Shown piece by piece: positions 10,101 through 19,804 of a stretch of 64,000 nucleotides of DNA. Source of the DNA: a virus; IMG/VR virus record IMGVR_UViG_3300042507_006854, positions 32,001 to 96,000 of that record; one strand, given 5' to 3'. A program made the translations under genes and the position numbers. Positions within the stretch are counted from its first letter, which is position 1, and every line of letters begins with the position of its first letter. The notes below the pieces were generated by a model that saw only the letters and a program-made list of their open reading frames with translations, was not told where the DNA came from and searched no databases.

Positions 10101-11576
10101 GGTTGCGATAGTGATGGATTTATAGCTGGGACTATTTATAGAAATGGTTATGATGATTTTAGAATGAAATTAAGAGTAACAGCTTATTTTGTAGGCGACC
10201 AATTTCCATATATTTCACAAGAAGTTTTTGCTAGCGGTATCATGTGGGATATTATTTTAGGACCAAAACAAAATGAAGCGACTTTTAATTTTCCAATATA
10301 CAAAAATAATAAAATAGAAAATATTGTTTATGGAAAATTTCATTTAGGAATAGCAGAGATTGGTGAGTTTCCACCATGGTTAGTCGGCGTAAAACAAGAA
10401 GAGGTTGATTTTGTGTGGAGTGGTGGGCAAAATTGTCAATCAACAATTCAATCTAGAGGTGTAAACCCAGCAAATTCTGGTCTATATGCTCCATCATTAT
10501 CTTCACTTGGGCTAGACTTACAGGAAACACCATCTTCAAGACCTAATTTATCTAATTGGGGAAATACATGCCCCACTGGAGGTTGGGAGGAATGTTTTTG
10601 TGGGCTGAACACAACAATTTGTCCTGGTATCACATGCACTGGAAATTATATTCTGGACCCTATTTCTTGTAATTGTGTTCCTCCGATAGTTACTACTGGA
10701 TGTATAAGTATTACTGGGTGTACCGGAATTCCGCCAGTAGAAATTGAATGTTCTGGAGCGGCTTTAACAATTAGTGGTTACGTTTTTTATAGAGATAGAA
10801 TCACGACGCCATGTATTGTTCCAGGTCTTGGATCATTAACCCCTACATGTGCCGGTGGTCACTGGTGTAATAGAACTGATTTTATGCCAAGGTTAAGAAT
10901 TGGTAGTTCAACAATAATCAATGCGAATAAAGCCGTTACTCTTAATAATTTGAATGGTGGTGATAGAGACGATCAGTTTGAATTTTTTATACCTGATAGT
11001 ACAATTATTAGTGGTCAAAATGTCCGTTTTGAATTACAGTGTTTGGGAAATAATTGTCATAGAGGTGTTTCATATGTAGTTATGACTACAGCAATTTCTG
11101 GTAATGTTATAAAAATATTTGATAATTGTGTAGAGCCTGATCAAGTTGCCTCTTTACCATTTATATGTACATCTCCAGGGTGTGACGGGTTTAATGTGGA
11201 TACATTAAAAAATAATTTTAATAAGGTTTTACTAAATAGCATTGAGCCTTCTCCAGATACCCCGCCAGGCCCAGGGTTTACTAGACAACATGCTTGTATA
11301 CGTTGGTTATGCACATGTGTTTCTATAAATCAGAATGGACCCCCAACAATAATTTCTTCTAGGCAGTATGGTGGACCGACAACAAATAATTTAAATTTAT
11401 CTGGTATAATTTGGAATGTTGTTCCACCACCAACATCTGGCGGTTGTTACATATATGAATTTCATTTTTATGGTTGGCAAACCCGTTCTCCAAATTCTCA
11501 ATGGATATCTGATGATTCAAAATTTGATGTTTATGGTCTAATTGCTAGGGATAGACAAACTACAAGAATTAGATAA
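7170..11576 (+). CDS. Large TG/SG-rich virion protein (fiber/appendage-like) with Cys-rich C-terminal domain
   Basis: 1468 aa with about 82 [S/T]G dipeptides. C-terminal CAGGHWCNR domain is shared with 19838..23452. Confidence 0.55.
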   Translation: MLISGTRFRSIYPQSVVNWNFNFQPTTSTGVFDFSFISNSGDVNIFSIKNGKILTTDGKLVGGYSPYSDINLSGNVSNGFIDLYDTNGPLYLGYRTTNYNYVTGFKLNAYDNFIDFKSLNILGDVPQYFYENTLSYKSGDLIRVNIFNSGEFDFKIFSGSINTNVFSLSGANNLTIPKNNSGNFYLVHNGVFIDFLNTKIILDTDFGTKELPLLMSGIRIEDQLYYITIGPEIVAIQNDYFQDYNITFKNSSGVKLSVELKYVSGITGDYYKPVRQTGLASLTNVSGLISGSGFLYGRSSGVITRFNPLRGFNEFGTGFGVARDFKIAEDQYIERFFIISGSGIGEVYLKTGIRVTGYSTGVVYSGYITYLGGNLTGSISNALATGVTPDSRRNWTVVSGVLVPTTSNTNVDSICLIRPELCPTLFPPNIFVQTITGLVTGNSTVFYDYTGPITGYYEDRDLRVVDLVANKVYITGDFEDYYNVLGVAYAVGPRVSGKFIGELTNFVEPGFWTIYKRWSGELTGEGFVEWTGSGFDPVKVETRPIIFTGYWSGQIESGFLVDFCDLIEENPFPCEFVVEGTPEYVQTIGNTGIFYTELNEVNVITQKNIGYQYLEWPNENSDFLINSGNISLHLEHPTGGRTRISRLGSTPSGSGKFDNLFQFPFYEGVNTQKFETGDGGELLLITGQPVLKFNFKLDSSGNKIPIYSGYLCEYVRTGNNEIAIINGFPVPIPLSCETSSQCIGNGVCFSGICWEHKFEFERYIFDVSGNPVPDLNRYQCKPQTGSTGQLLLNPLLDISGSIYVKDEKGKYNKVYTIPGSENNIAVPMYEMIPDMFVASSGFFGWKESLRTLTGRIYPDGRATYITGISGKGFMANICDSTYFRFNITGTGNETNSIGASFFTPETGRLLVYKLYKRGDGKPIQQQSGGMYFYTGKNLIVNSTLHTGDYYGTLDFLPVQCLKEYSNSCIGFSHISYTGCDSDGFIAGTIYRNGYDDFRMKLRVTAYFVGDQFPYISQEVFASGIMWDIILGPKQNEATFNFPIYKNNKIENIVYGKFHLGIAEIGEFPPWLVGVKQEEVDFVWSGGQNCQSTIQSRGVNPANSGLYAPSLSSLGLDLQETPSSRPNLSNWGNTCPTGGWEECFCGLNTTICPGITCTGNYILDPISCNCVPPIVTTGCISITGCTGIPPVEIECSGAALTISGYVFYRDRITTPCIVPGLGSLTPTCAGGHWCNRTDFMPRLRIGSSTIINANKAVTLNNLNGGDRDDQFEFFIPDSTIISGQNVRFELQCLGNNCHRGVSYVVMTTAISGNVIKIFDNCVEPDQVASLPFICTSPGCDGFNVDTLKNNFNKVLLNSIEPSPDTPPGPGFTRQHACIRWLCTCVSINQNGPPTIISSRQYGGPTTNNLNLSGIIWNVVPPPTSGGCYIYEFHFYGWQTRSPNSQWISDDSKFDVYGLIARDRQTTRIR

Positions 11577-11602
11577 ATTTTTTATATAAAATATAATATA
11601 TT

Positions 11603-11887
11603 ATGGATTTAATATTATTCGTATTAGTGTCTTTAGGGGCTAGTTATGTTTGGTCTTATGGAGAAATATTTCTTCCTTTAAGAATTTTTATAGTCAAATA
11701 CTTGGGTAAATGGGGTAAGCCCTTTTTATGTGGCGAATGCTCTTCTTTCTGGGTCGGAGTTATCATATCAATATTTATAAACCCTTTATTCCAAATTACT
11801 TATTTAATTGTTTCCAATATTTTTTGTGGTTTAATTTCTTATTTATTATATAAATTTACGCATAAAATACTTTTTGAAAATGAATAA
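11603..11887 (+). CDS. Small membrane protein with CxxC-W motif (DUF1360-like)
   Basis: Hydrophobic helices and FLCGECSSFWVG. Confidence 0.55.
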   Translation: MDLILFVLVSLGASYVWSYGEIFLPLRIFIVKYLGKWGKPFLCGECSSFWVGVIISIFINPLFQITYLIVSNIFCGLISYLLYKFTHKILFENE

Positions 11888-12404
11888 AGAACAGATATTA
11901 GCAAATTTAAATCAATACAAAAATCCACAATTTGGAAGTTATATCGTATTTATTTTTTTAAATTTATTAACAAATTTTAAAGATAAATTTTACACTGGTT
12001 CTGAAAATATTATTCCCGCGATTTATGTAGAAATGGTTACACTAAGTAATTCTCCAAATTGCTCGTGCCGTTCTAAAGTAATAAAATATATAAATAATAA
12101 TTTAGATCAAATTTTTGAATTTATGGTAAACTGGATTAATCGAACAGAAGAATCTATTTTAAGTGAATTTTTTGATTTCTTATTTAACGAAATAGATTCC
12201 CAAAATATAAAAGCCAGATATTTTCAACATTTGGATTTAAAAACAAAAAGAATGGCTGGTAATGTCCTTGTTATCGAAGACGATCCAGTAGAATATAGAA
12301 AAGTAATAGATTACTTGCAAAAAGAAAATTTTGAATATAAAGATTTTAATTTATTTAGTTTAACAGATGGTGATAAAAAATATTTAAAGTTTTATTTCTA
12401 TTAG
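11880..12404 (+). CDS. Hypothetical protein
   Basis: ATG at 11880 overlaps the upstream gene end; NSPNCSCR motif. Confidence 0.6.
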   Translation: MNKEQILANLNQYKNPQFGSYIVFIFLNLLTNFKDKFYTGSENIIPAIYVEMVTLSNSPNCSCRSKVIKYINNNLDQIFEFMVNWINRTEESILSEFFDFLFNEIDSQNIKARYFQHLDLKTKRMAGNVLVIEDDPVEYRKVIDYLQKENFEYKDFNLFSLTDGDKKYLKFYFY

Positions 12405-13192
12405 AATTTTCTTTGATTTATTAAAGCATTTTTACTTCTCATCGCGTGGACCAAAGTAGGTTTAATATTATATTTTTCACCCGTCATATAAGATTCGTAA
12501 CTCCATGTGGTATGTAATGGAATTATATTTTTAAAATTACCCGTCCAATCCGAAGCCCAATAATTAAAGTAATTTTCATGAAAATGAAAATTTACATTTT
12601 TACTCATATAATTTGTAATATAAGCCATCGGAATCTCTTCTGTAATTCGATAGTTATTTGACACAAAATAATTATAACAATTTATTCCTAGCTCACAAGC
12701 TTGTTTAATAAAACTTTTTTTACATATCCAATATCCAGCATTTACGTTTCTAATTTCTTTATTAAAAACACCAAGGTTTCTATACATTTGAGTTAAAGTT
12801 TGAACTGGAACTCCCCACCAATCTGGTCGTATAGTTTTTTCTGAATTAATTGGGCTTTCCAAAAAACAGTGCCAAGGATTACCTTCCCTCATTAAATCTA
12901 ATGGAGATATCTCAGGTTGTGCCACAAAATAACTATCGCTGTCTATAAAAACAAAATACTCGTAATCCATTTCTAATAATTTTATTAAATAAAAAAACTT
13001 AAACATATAATTTGCTAAACTGATTTCAATTTTTGAGTCTAGGGAACGGTTAATACAATTTTTTAAATCTTTATCTGAGAATACAATAAAATCATCTTGT
13101 ATTCCAACAGCTCTTGAAGAGTTTATCAAAGATTGAGCCATATATGCATAATCTCCCCAAGCAATTGTCCAATAACAAATTTTTTTATTCAT
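12401..13192 (-). CDS. GT-A fold glycosyltransferase
   Basis: YFVFIDSD (DxD) and NVNAGYW motifs; typical N-terminus YAYMAQSLINS. Confidence 0.7.
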   Translation of the reverse strand: MNKKICYWTIAWGDYAYMAQSLINSSRAVGIQDDFIVFSDKDLKNCINRSLDSKIEISLANYMFKFFYLIKLLEMDYEYFVFIDSDSYFVAQPEISPLDLMREGNPWHCFLESPINSEKTIRPDWWGVPVQTLTQMYRNLGVFNKEIRNVNAGYWICKKSFIKQACELGINCYNYFVSNNYRITEEIPMAYITNYMSKNVNFHFHENYFNYWASDWTGNFKNIIPLHTTWSYESYMTGEKYNIKPTLVHAMRSKNALINQRKF

Positions 13193-14208
13193 ATACTTTT
13201 AAATATTTCTTCCCATAATTTAATATGTTCGTCTGAGTTACACCACAATTTGATTGATAAATTTCTTGCTTCTACTCCTATTTGTATACGATCCTTATAT
13301 GAAAGATCCATAAATTGGGCATATTCGCAAGCCTCTTCATATGTTTTCCAAATAAATCCAGTTTTATTATGATTTATTTGATTAACGAAATTAACTTTAT
13401 TAGGAGCGATAACTGGAAGTCCTGTCAACATTGCTTCAATTGTGGCTCGACATTGTGTCTCAGTAAATGTATAATGACTATTATAAACATAACAATCTAA
13501 AGATTTTAGAAAATCAATAACGTTTTCTTTTGTGGCGGGTAATAATGTCCATTTATCTTTATTAAAATTAAACCAAGAAAAATGTTCAACTATTTTTTTG
13601 TTTAAACCCATAACACGATACTTAGGATTTTTAATACCAAGACCTTCATAAAATAATGGAAAATTATCTGAAAATTTTAAAAAATCGGGCCGACTATGTT
13701 TACCAATTGTAAAAACATCTTTCTCCTCTCTTTGTATATAACGATAATTTTCCAAATGAAAATAATTAGGAATTATATATTCTTTCGATTTTTGTAATCT
13801 TATATCTTGATAGTGCTGATTACTAGTATAAATAGTCGCATCAATGAAATTATTATCAAAAGCCCATTTTTCTTCATTCGTTCTCCACATCATATCATTT
13901 GACCAAATAAATTTAAGACCCATTGATTTTATTTTTTTTATACGCCAATTTTCAGAAAATATTCTAAAATTACAAAATGAAATTCCAAAACCTTCTGTTT
14001 TTTCTGGAAGGTCTTCCCATCTTAAAATTTCTACATTATTTTTCTTTAAAAAAGAAATATTTTCAACTTCTTCTAATCTAAAATTGTCATTTGGAATACA
14101 AAATAATTTATATTTTTTATTCGTATTGAAACATTGTATTAATTCTTTTAATCTTGTATCTGCGCCCCCTAAATTAGATGGCCAAAGAAAAAAATACAAA
14201 TTTATCAT
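13189..14208 (-). CDS. GT-B glycosyltransferase (GT4-like)
   Basis: GGAD N-terminal motif, IGKHSRPD, ETQCRATIEAMLTGLPVI. Start moved to ATG 14208 to avoid overlap with the divergent gene. Confidence 0.8.
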   Translation of the reverse strand: MINLYFFLWPSNLGGADTRLKELIQCFNTNKKYKLFCIPNDNFRLEEVENISFLKKNNVEILRWEDLPEKTEGFGISFCNFRIFSENWRIKKIKSMGLKFIWSNDMMWRTNEEKWAFDNNFIDATIYTSNQHYQDIRLQKSKEYIIPNYFHLENYRYIQREEKDVFTIGKHSRPDFLKFSDNFPLFYEGLGIKNPKYRVMGLNKKIVEHFSWFNFNKDKWTLLPATKENVIDFLKSLDCYVYNSHYTFTETQCRATIEAMLTGLPVIAPNKVNFVNQINHNKTGFIWKTYEEACEYAQFMDLSYKDRIQIGVEARNLSIKLWCNSDEHIKLWEEIFKSI

Positions 14209-14251
14209 ATTTATATTATATTCTATAAATCTTGTTTTACATAATTTTTTA

Positions 14252-14257
14252 GTGTAA
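14252..14257 (+). promoter_or_regulatory. GTGTAA putative late promoter
   Basis: 12 nt upstream of ATG 14270. Confidence 0.6.
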
Positions 14258-14269
14258 TTAGTTAAATAT

Positions 14270-14638
14270 ATGGCATGCGAACTTTCAGTTATTAGCAATC
14301 AAAATTTTTTATTTGGATCTACCAATTTAAATTGTCCAGATGTTCCTATTCCAATTTGCCCACCAGGAAACTATTCTATTGTCCCAGTTATTCAAAATGG
14401 TTGTATAATATCTTATAATTGTGTTTTAATTAGTAGCGCTATAGATAATTTTATCCCAGAATCTGTTGATGTTAGTGGTCGTGCCGGAACTTTATTTTTC
14501 CCAGACGCCGGATTAATAAACACTACTTGCCCAATAATATCTGAATTAAGCTCTTTTATACCAAATATATTAGAATCTAGTGGCCGAGCGGGAACCTTGT
14601 TTTTCCCAGACTTTGAAACTAAATTATGTGTAAATTAA
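14270..14638 (+). CDS. Small Cys-rich protein with duplicated FIP...SGRAGTLFFPD motif
   Basis: Two copies of the motif; late-type promoter upstream. Confidence 0.6.
   Translation: MACELSVISNQNFLFGSTNLNCPDVPIPICPPGNYSIVPVIQNGCIISYNCVLISSAIDNFIPESVDVSGRAGTLFFPDAGLINTTCPIISELSSFIPNILESSGRAGTLFFPDFETKLCVN
14628..14633 (+). promoter_or_regulatory. GTGTAA putative late promoter
   Basis: 8 nt upstream of ATG 14642. Confidence 0.55.
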
Positions 14639-14641
14639 GCT

Positions 14642-16555
14642 ATGAGTTGCGTTTTATCACACCCTATTAGTGGTCAAATTTTAGTTTTAGAATCTGGATT
14701 TCCGGCTTTATTATATACTTCTTTAAATAATTTAAATGTTGATTTAAATACAGGTTCAAGAATTACCTTAAAAAGTTATTCTAATTTATATGTATTAGAA
14801 AGTACTGATAGCGCAAATAATGTATATCCAACGGAAATCGGTTTTGTTCAAAATTCTGGACTCCCAAATGGATTAGGTCTTTATAATTATAATACAATTA
14901 CGGGAAAAATAAATGGCACCGGTATTTGGAATGTTGCTACAAGATATATATATCCAAATCGGCCGGAGCCCGTATCAAAAATTTTTACAATCGTATCTAA
15001 AGTCTCAGGGGGTAGTATTAATTCGTATCCTTTACCAAATTTTGAGACGGTATTTACAGGAAATGGCCAACCAGTTTTTCCAATTAATGGGCCTAACGGT
15101 TTAGAAATTCCAACTGAAAATAATGGAAATATAACTTTTACCCCAATTACTCAAGAAATTATAGACTCTCCTTTTGTAGAATCAAGTGGGCCAACTTTAG
15201 AAAATTCTAATATCCCTGAAGTTATTGAAAATCCTGAAACCCCCTGTCCAGAAGCCGAGGAATGCCCACCAGATCAGGGTTTTGGTGGTGGAGGATGGGG
15301 CGGTGTTGAAGGCGGTGAAGGAGGCGGCGGCGGTGGCGGTGGTGGCGGCGGACTTGGTTTTGGAGGCGCGGGTGGAGACCCTATTAACTATATTGCAGTT
15401 AGAGGTTTCAATAATCTTACTACCACGCCCGAAGGAGTTATTACTGGATTTAATAGTTTCTGGGCTGAAACAAGATATGTAGACACAAGAACAAGAACAG
15501 AAAATTATTTCTTAGGTAGGATTGGAAATAGATATGTGCGAGTAGATACTCAAACTGACCGTGGTTTTGATAACTCTCAATTAGGTATTATTAAAGGTAT
15601 TAAATTTTCTCAAGGTATTCTAACTCCTAGTGGAAATGGTTATTTACCTTATGGTATTGAAACAGGTTCTACAACTTATTTTATATTAACTGGATTATTG
15701 CCAAATAATAGTATATCAACTTCTTTAATTCGTAAAGACTTAAATGGTCCTTTTATTGATGTACTTCAAAATGGGACTGGCATTTCATTGGGAAATTTAT
15801 TTCCAACGGGTGTTCCTAGACTTGAAAATGCTTCAAATTTTGAAATACAAATTAATATCGGAATTGAAAATATTACAGCTTTATCTTTGAACTGGCAAGT
15901 TATTGTTGATAATTGGAGATCTATTAATGACGCGGTATTGGGTGGTTCATATTCCTCAATTCCAGGAGATTTACTTTCTTATGATCAGGTTGGGGGTAGT
16001 TACATAGAGCATTTAAATTATACATATGAATTAATTCCATTTACGAGTAATGTTTTTTCACAAACAGGAGTTTCTGATTTCACTGGTATTCAAATAAATG
16101 AACCATGGACTACATGGGGAGAAACTCTAAAATGGACAGAATTAACACCAAAAACTCGTCATTTTTATGGTTTATCTTGGTTGATGAGTAGAGCATGGTT
16201 AAATTCTAGTAACGGGACAGTGAATGAAAATCTTCCAATTAGTGGGGCAAATTTTAATCGGCAGGATACTGGTTTTGAAGATTCTCCGATTATCATGACA
16301 AATGATATAACTTTAGACACGACTTGCCCTCCCGTTTTAAATAGATGTTTAGGGTGTGACCCTACGCGCATTAATTTTACTGGTAGTTTTGAGAATTTTA
16401 ACAATTCGCCGCTAGGAAATGTAAGCGGTGCACAGATGATTGAAGCTTTTGCTAATTGTGTTGGTTTAGTACCTTTTTGGAGAGTAGAACCAGTATCAAC
16501 AACCTCTTCACAATCGTTAACAGATCTCTTAGATTTATTAGAAGAATTAAATTAA
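14642..16555 (+). CDS. Putative virion protein with poly-Gly linker
   Basis: 637 aa; Gly tract at about 15280-15375; TG/SG-rich; C-terminal STTSS tag. Confidence 0.55.
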   Translation: MSCVLSHPISGQILVLESGFPALLYTSLNNLNVDLNTGSRITLKSYSNLYVLESTDSANNVYPTEIGFVQNSGLPNGLGLYNYNTITGKINGTGIWNVATRYIYPNRPEPVSKIFTIVSKVSGGSINSYPLPNFETVFTGNGQPVFPINGPNGLEIPTENNGNITFTPITQEIIDSPFVESSGPTLENSNIPEVIENPETPCPEAEECPPDQGFGGGGWGGVEGGEGGGGGGGGGGGLGFGGAGGDPINYIAVRGFNNLTTTPEGVITGFNSFWAETRYVDTRTRTENYFLGRIGNRYVRVDTQTDRGFDNSQLGIIKGIKFSQGILTPSGNGYLPYGIETGSTTYFILTGLLPNNSISTSLIRKDLNGPFIDVLQNGTGISLGNLFPTGVPRLENASNFEIQINIGIENITALSLNWQVIVDNWRSINDAVLGGSYSSIPGDLLSYDQVGGSYIEHLNYTYELIPFTSNVFSQTGVSDFTGIQINEPWTTWGETLKWTELTPKTRHFYGLSWLMSRAWLNSSNGTVNENLPISGANFNRQDTGFEDSPIIMTNDITLDTTCPPVLNRCLGCDPTRINFTGSFENFNNSPLGNVSGAQMIEAFANCVGLVPFWRVEPVSTTSSQSLTDLLDLLEELN

Positions 16556-16559
16556 TACT

Positions 16560-17645
16560 ATGTTTTATACGGGAAAATCAGTAAATAAAGTTTCTCCTAG
16601 TACGGGCCGTTTAAATTTATTAGCTCAAGAAAGTGGTCGTTTATTTTATAATTTATCCGTAAATTCCGAATTAGGTTATGATATATTTTATTTAAGACGA
16701 GCAAAATTTAATAATAATACTCTTTTTAGGAATATCGAAGAAAGGAGTGGCCCTAATAATAATTTTTCTGGATCTTTATATTTAGATAAAAATGATATAA
16801 TTAGTTTTAATTATATTAAAGATTCCACTAATAGCGTTGGATTAGATGAAACACAAATCAATTCTTTAAATTTTGATTGTAATAATCAAACAAAAGATCT
16901 TAAACCCAAAGTAGCGTTTTTATCTTTTTATGGAAATAGTTCCAGCAGTTCTTCTCAAAACCCTCCATTGATAGTTACTAATTTGATCAGTGAGATGAAT
17001 GATCCTACTTATAAAACATATAATTTTCAAATAGCTATTAATAATTCTTGGCCGATTACAGATACTAATGGCAATGTTACGTTTTTACAGTACCGTTTGC
17101 CAAATTATTATGAATGGGAAGATTATCCAGATAATTTTTATGGTTGGAGTTATAACTCTGGAAATATACAAAATTTAGGACCAAATTATGTACAATCAAG
17201 ATTAATTACCGGAAAAATATTAGTAAGTAATCTTTTGTCTTATTCTAATGATCAAAAAGGTTTTAATTTCATTGATTTTCGTTTAGTTCATTACGATCCT
17301 AATTCTACAGAATTTATTAGTGATTATTATAGATTAAATCTATGTCTTGGGGGAATGTTTTTAGATAATCATTGGCTATGCCCAGAATCTGATACATGTG
17401 CTGATACGAATATTTTAGTTCAGGGTTGTACTGGGTATGTAAGTTGTGGTTCTATAGACACCTCTTCATGTACGGATGGAAATGGGCCTTTTGAACCTAA
17501 CCAAGTTTACCCATTTAGAGAAGTGCCGCCATGTGCGGCTGGCGCAACTTTTGATTATCCATGTTTAACATCTTTTAATTTAAGAACTAAACCTGTTCCT
17601 AATCAATGCCCTGGACGACCTATTGATATATTTGTAATTTGTTAG
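16560..17645 (+). CDS. Putative virion protein with Cys-rich C-terminus
   Basis: 361 aa ORF within the structural cluster. Confidence 0.5.
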   Translation: MFYTGKSVNKVSPSTGRLNLLAQESGRLFYNLSVNSELGYDIFYLRRAKFNNNTLFRNIEERSGPNNNFSGSLYLDKNDIISFNYIKDSTNSVGLDETQINSLNFDCNNQTKDLKPKVAFLSFYGNSSSSSSQNPPLIVTNLISEMNDPTYKTYNFQIAINNSWPITDTNGNVTFLQYRLPNYYEWEDYPDNFYGWSYNSGNIQNLGPNYVQSRLITGKILVSNLLSYSNDQKGFNFIDFRLVHYDPNSTEFISDYYRLNLCLGGMFLDNHWLCPESDTCADTNILVQGCTGYVSCGSIDTSSCTDGNGPFEPNQVYPFREVPPCAAGATFDYPCLTSFNLRTKPVPNQCPGRPIDIFVIC

Positions 17646-17650
17646 TGTAA
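17645..17650 (+). promoter_or_regulatory. GTGTAA putative late promoter
   Basis: 8 nt upstream of ATG 17659. Confidence 0.6.
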
Positions 17651-17658
17651 CATATCAT

Positions 17659-18963
17659 ATGAGTTTTAAATTATATTATAAACCCTGGCCAAATGTAGTT
17701 CCTATTATTAATAATGTGGCTTACGATACAACAGAGCTTCGTTCTCCTGTAAAATTAGGAGAATTTAGTTCTGTCGATTCGGCAAAATATTGGGTAACTA
17801 GACATTTAAGATACGGAACTTTGGTTAAATCAACAGAATCTTTAGCTCAAGATACTTTTTTATCTGGTTGGGGTACAAATTCTGGGCCTCAACCTCAGCC
17901 TTTATTAAATTCAACACCTTTTATGTTGACAGGTATAAAAAATATTGCTCTTGGTTCTTTTCATGGTGTTGCTGTTTTATATTCAAACATCGTAACCGGT
18001 TGGGGATCAAATTCAAATGGTCAAATTAATCCTTCTATTTTTAGTGAACTTAAAGGAGAAAGAATAAAAAAAATAGAGGCTGGTGATTCTCACACTTTAT
18101 TTTTATCTATAGATGGAAAAATTACAGGTGTTGGGAGTAACAATGTAACCGCTGGGAATAATCTAACAAATGTTAAAGATATCTCAGTCGGTGCTTATCA
18201 TAGTTTGGCATTATTTGAAAATGGAAATATTACTGGTTGGGGTGGGCCCTCAGCTAGTGAAGCAAAAAATGTTCCCCAATTTTTACAAACAGGAGAGTTA
18301 GGAATATCAATTAGTGCTGGAACAACTCATAGTTTAGCTATTTTAAAAAATGAATTAGTTCCTTTTGAAGATTTTCCAGATTTGAAAGTTTCTACAACAA
18401 GATTAACTGGCTGGGGAGATTACCAAAATTTAAACAATTGGGCTGCAAATCTTTTAACCGGTGAATTTAAAATCGACACTTTTGATTGGGCTGGTTTAAG
18501 AAAAATTAGCGCTGGAACTTGGCATAGTATAGCAGTAATAGAAAAATGGGTTCAAAGAAGCCCTGGTTCAAATTTTTATGATAAAGTTTCTATGGTTACT
18601 GGCTGGGGTAGAAATGACCCCCCAACAAACGGAAACCAAGGTCCTGATGTCAATTTAGCAAATGGTGGGGATAATCTAATGTTTGTAGATAAGATTTTTG
18701 CCGGACCTTATCATAATATTGCTCAATTTTATAATGGGCAATTAACTGGATGGGGGCAAACAAGCGCGTTTAATAACATTAATATGAATGAATATAAAAC
18801 TTCTAATATTAAAGTTAATTATAACTTTAATCTAGTGATTAAAGAAAAAACAAGCACTTTATCTTGGGACAATTCAGAGATATTAAATAACTGGCCTTAT
18901 AATGATTTATATGTATATGAAACAGAACCTGGTGAAGGTGGCGTTGATGCGGTTCCTTGTTAA
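17659..18963 (+). CDS. RCC1/BLIP-II-like repeat beta-propeller protein
   Basis: Repeated IxxGxxH(S/T)L...xTGWG units (IALGSFHG, IEAGDSHTL, ISVGAYHSL, ISAGTTHSL, ISAGTWHS, IFAGPYHN). Confidence 0.85.
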   Translation: MSFKLYYKPWPNVVPIINNVAYDTTELRSPVKLGEFSSVDSAKYWVTRHLRYGTLVKSTESLAQDTFLSGWGTNSGPQPQPLLNSTPFMLTGIKNIALGSFHGVAVLYSNIVTGWGSNSNGQINPSIFSELKGERIKKIEAGDSHTLFLSIDGKITGVGSNNVTAGNNLTNVKDISVGAYHSLALFENGNITGWGGPSASEAKNVPQFLQTGELGISISAGTTHSLAILKNELVPFEDFPDLKVSTTRLTGWGDYQNLNNWAANLLTGEFKIDTFDWAGLRKISAGTWHSIAVIEKWVQRSPGSNFYDKVSMVTGWGRNDPPTNGNQGPDVNLANGGDNLMFVDKIFAGPYHNIAQFYNGQLTGWGQTSAFNNINMNEYKTSNIKVNYNFNLVIKEKTSTLSWDNSEILNNWPYNDLYVYETEPGEGGVDAVPC

Positions 18964-19748
18964 TATTTAATATTATTATTTTTTAATATATTTTCAATTA
19001 AATTTAGATTAACTTGTTTGTCTTTATTTGCCCAAAGATGGACAATACCATTCTTTATTAATTCTGAGGAAATGTCTTCATATTTTGGTGTTTTTATGAT
19101 TAAATTATCTTTATAATTTATTTTTAAATTATTAAAAATTAAGTTTGTAAATAAAATTTGTTCAAAAATTACTGGTAACATCCAACACTTATCTTTTTGA
19201 GGTAATTTTTCATTAATATCTTCTAATAATACTTTATTATTTAAGGCGTAATTTACCAATTCTATTGCTATTTGGTTAATTAATTCAAAATTATTTCCGC
19301 CCACAATCGCACAATTTAATGAAATGGGCTTTGCTATATATGTATTTAAATTTTTATATATATCTACTAAAATTTTAGTATTAAAAAGAAGCCATTCTTC
19401 TCCATGTAAACACAGAAATTCTTTTTTTATTAAATCATCTTTCAATTGTCGTAATAATAAAATATCAAAATCAATATGAATAAAAGGTTCTTTCATTTGG
19501 CTCATTGCTAATAATTTACCTAAACTCCATATTGATTTTGGTATATTTTCTGTAATTTGCTCTTCTAAACAAAAAATATTATTGTATTGAATATTTTCAA
19601 AATACAATCGAGATTTTTTGTCCACAAATAAAATTGTTTCATATCCATGTTTTTGAGCTAAAAAGTTTGAAACTGCTGCCATTTTTAAAATTTTTGAATG
19701 ATTTTTCTCTTTTAAGCTAAAATCAACATAACTAAAAATAACTTTCAT
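18960..19748 (-). CDS. GT-A-like glycosyltransferase (DUF6734-like)
   Basis: WSLGKL...EPFIHIDFDI (DxD), LNCAIVGG and FEQ motifs. Confidence 0.65.
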   Translation of the reverse strand: MKVIFSYVDFSLKEKNHSKILKMAAVSNFLAQKHGYETILFVDKKSRLYFENIQYNNIFCLEEQITENIPKSIWSLGKLLAMSQMKEPFIHIDFDILLLRQLKDDLIKKEFLCLHGEEWLLFNTKILVDIYKNLNTYIAKPISLNCAIVGGNNFELINQIAIELVNYALNNKVLLEDINEKLPQKDKCWMLPVIFEQILFTNLIFNNLKINYKDNLIIKTPKYEDISSELIKNGIVHLWANKDKQVNLNLIENILKNNNIKY

Positions 19749-19804
19749 CTATTTTAATATATACAGATTTAAATGTTAATTCCAGTATATTTATTAATAA
19801 ATAA

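Noticed and set aside
14209-14298. N-terminal extension of the GT4 ORF in the track
   Set aside because: It overlaps the divergent gene and its promoter; the GT motif starts right after ATG 14208.
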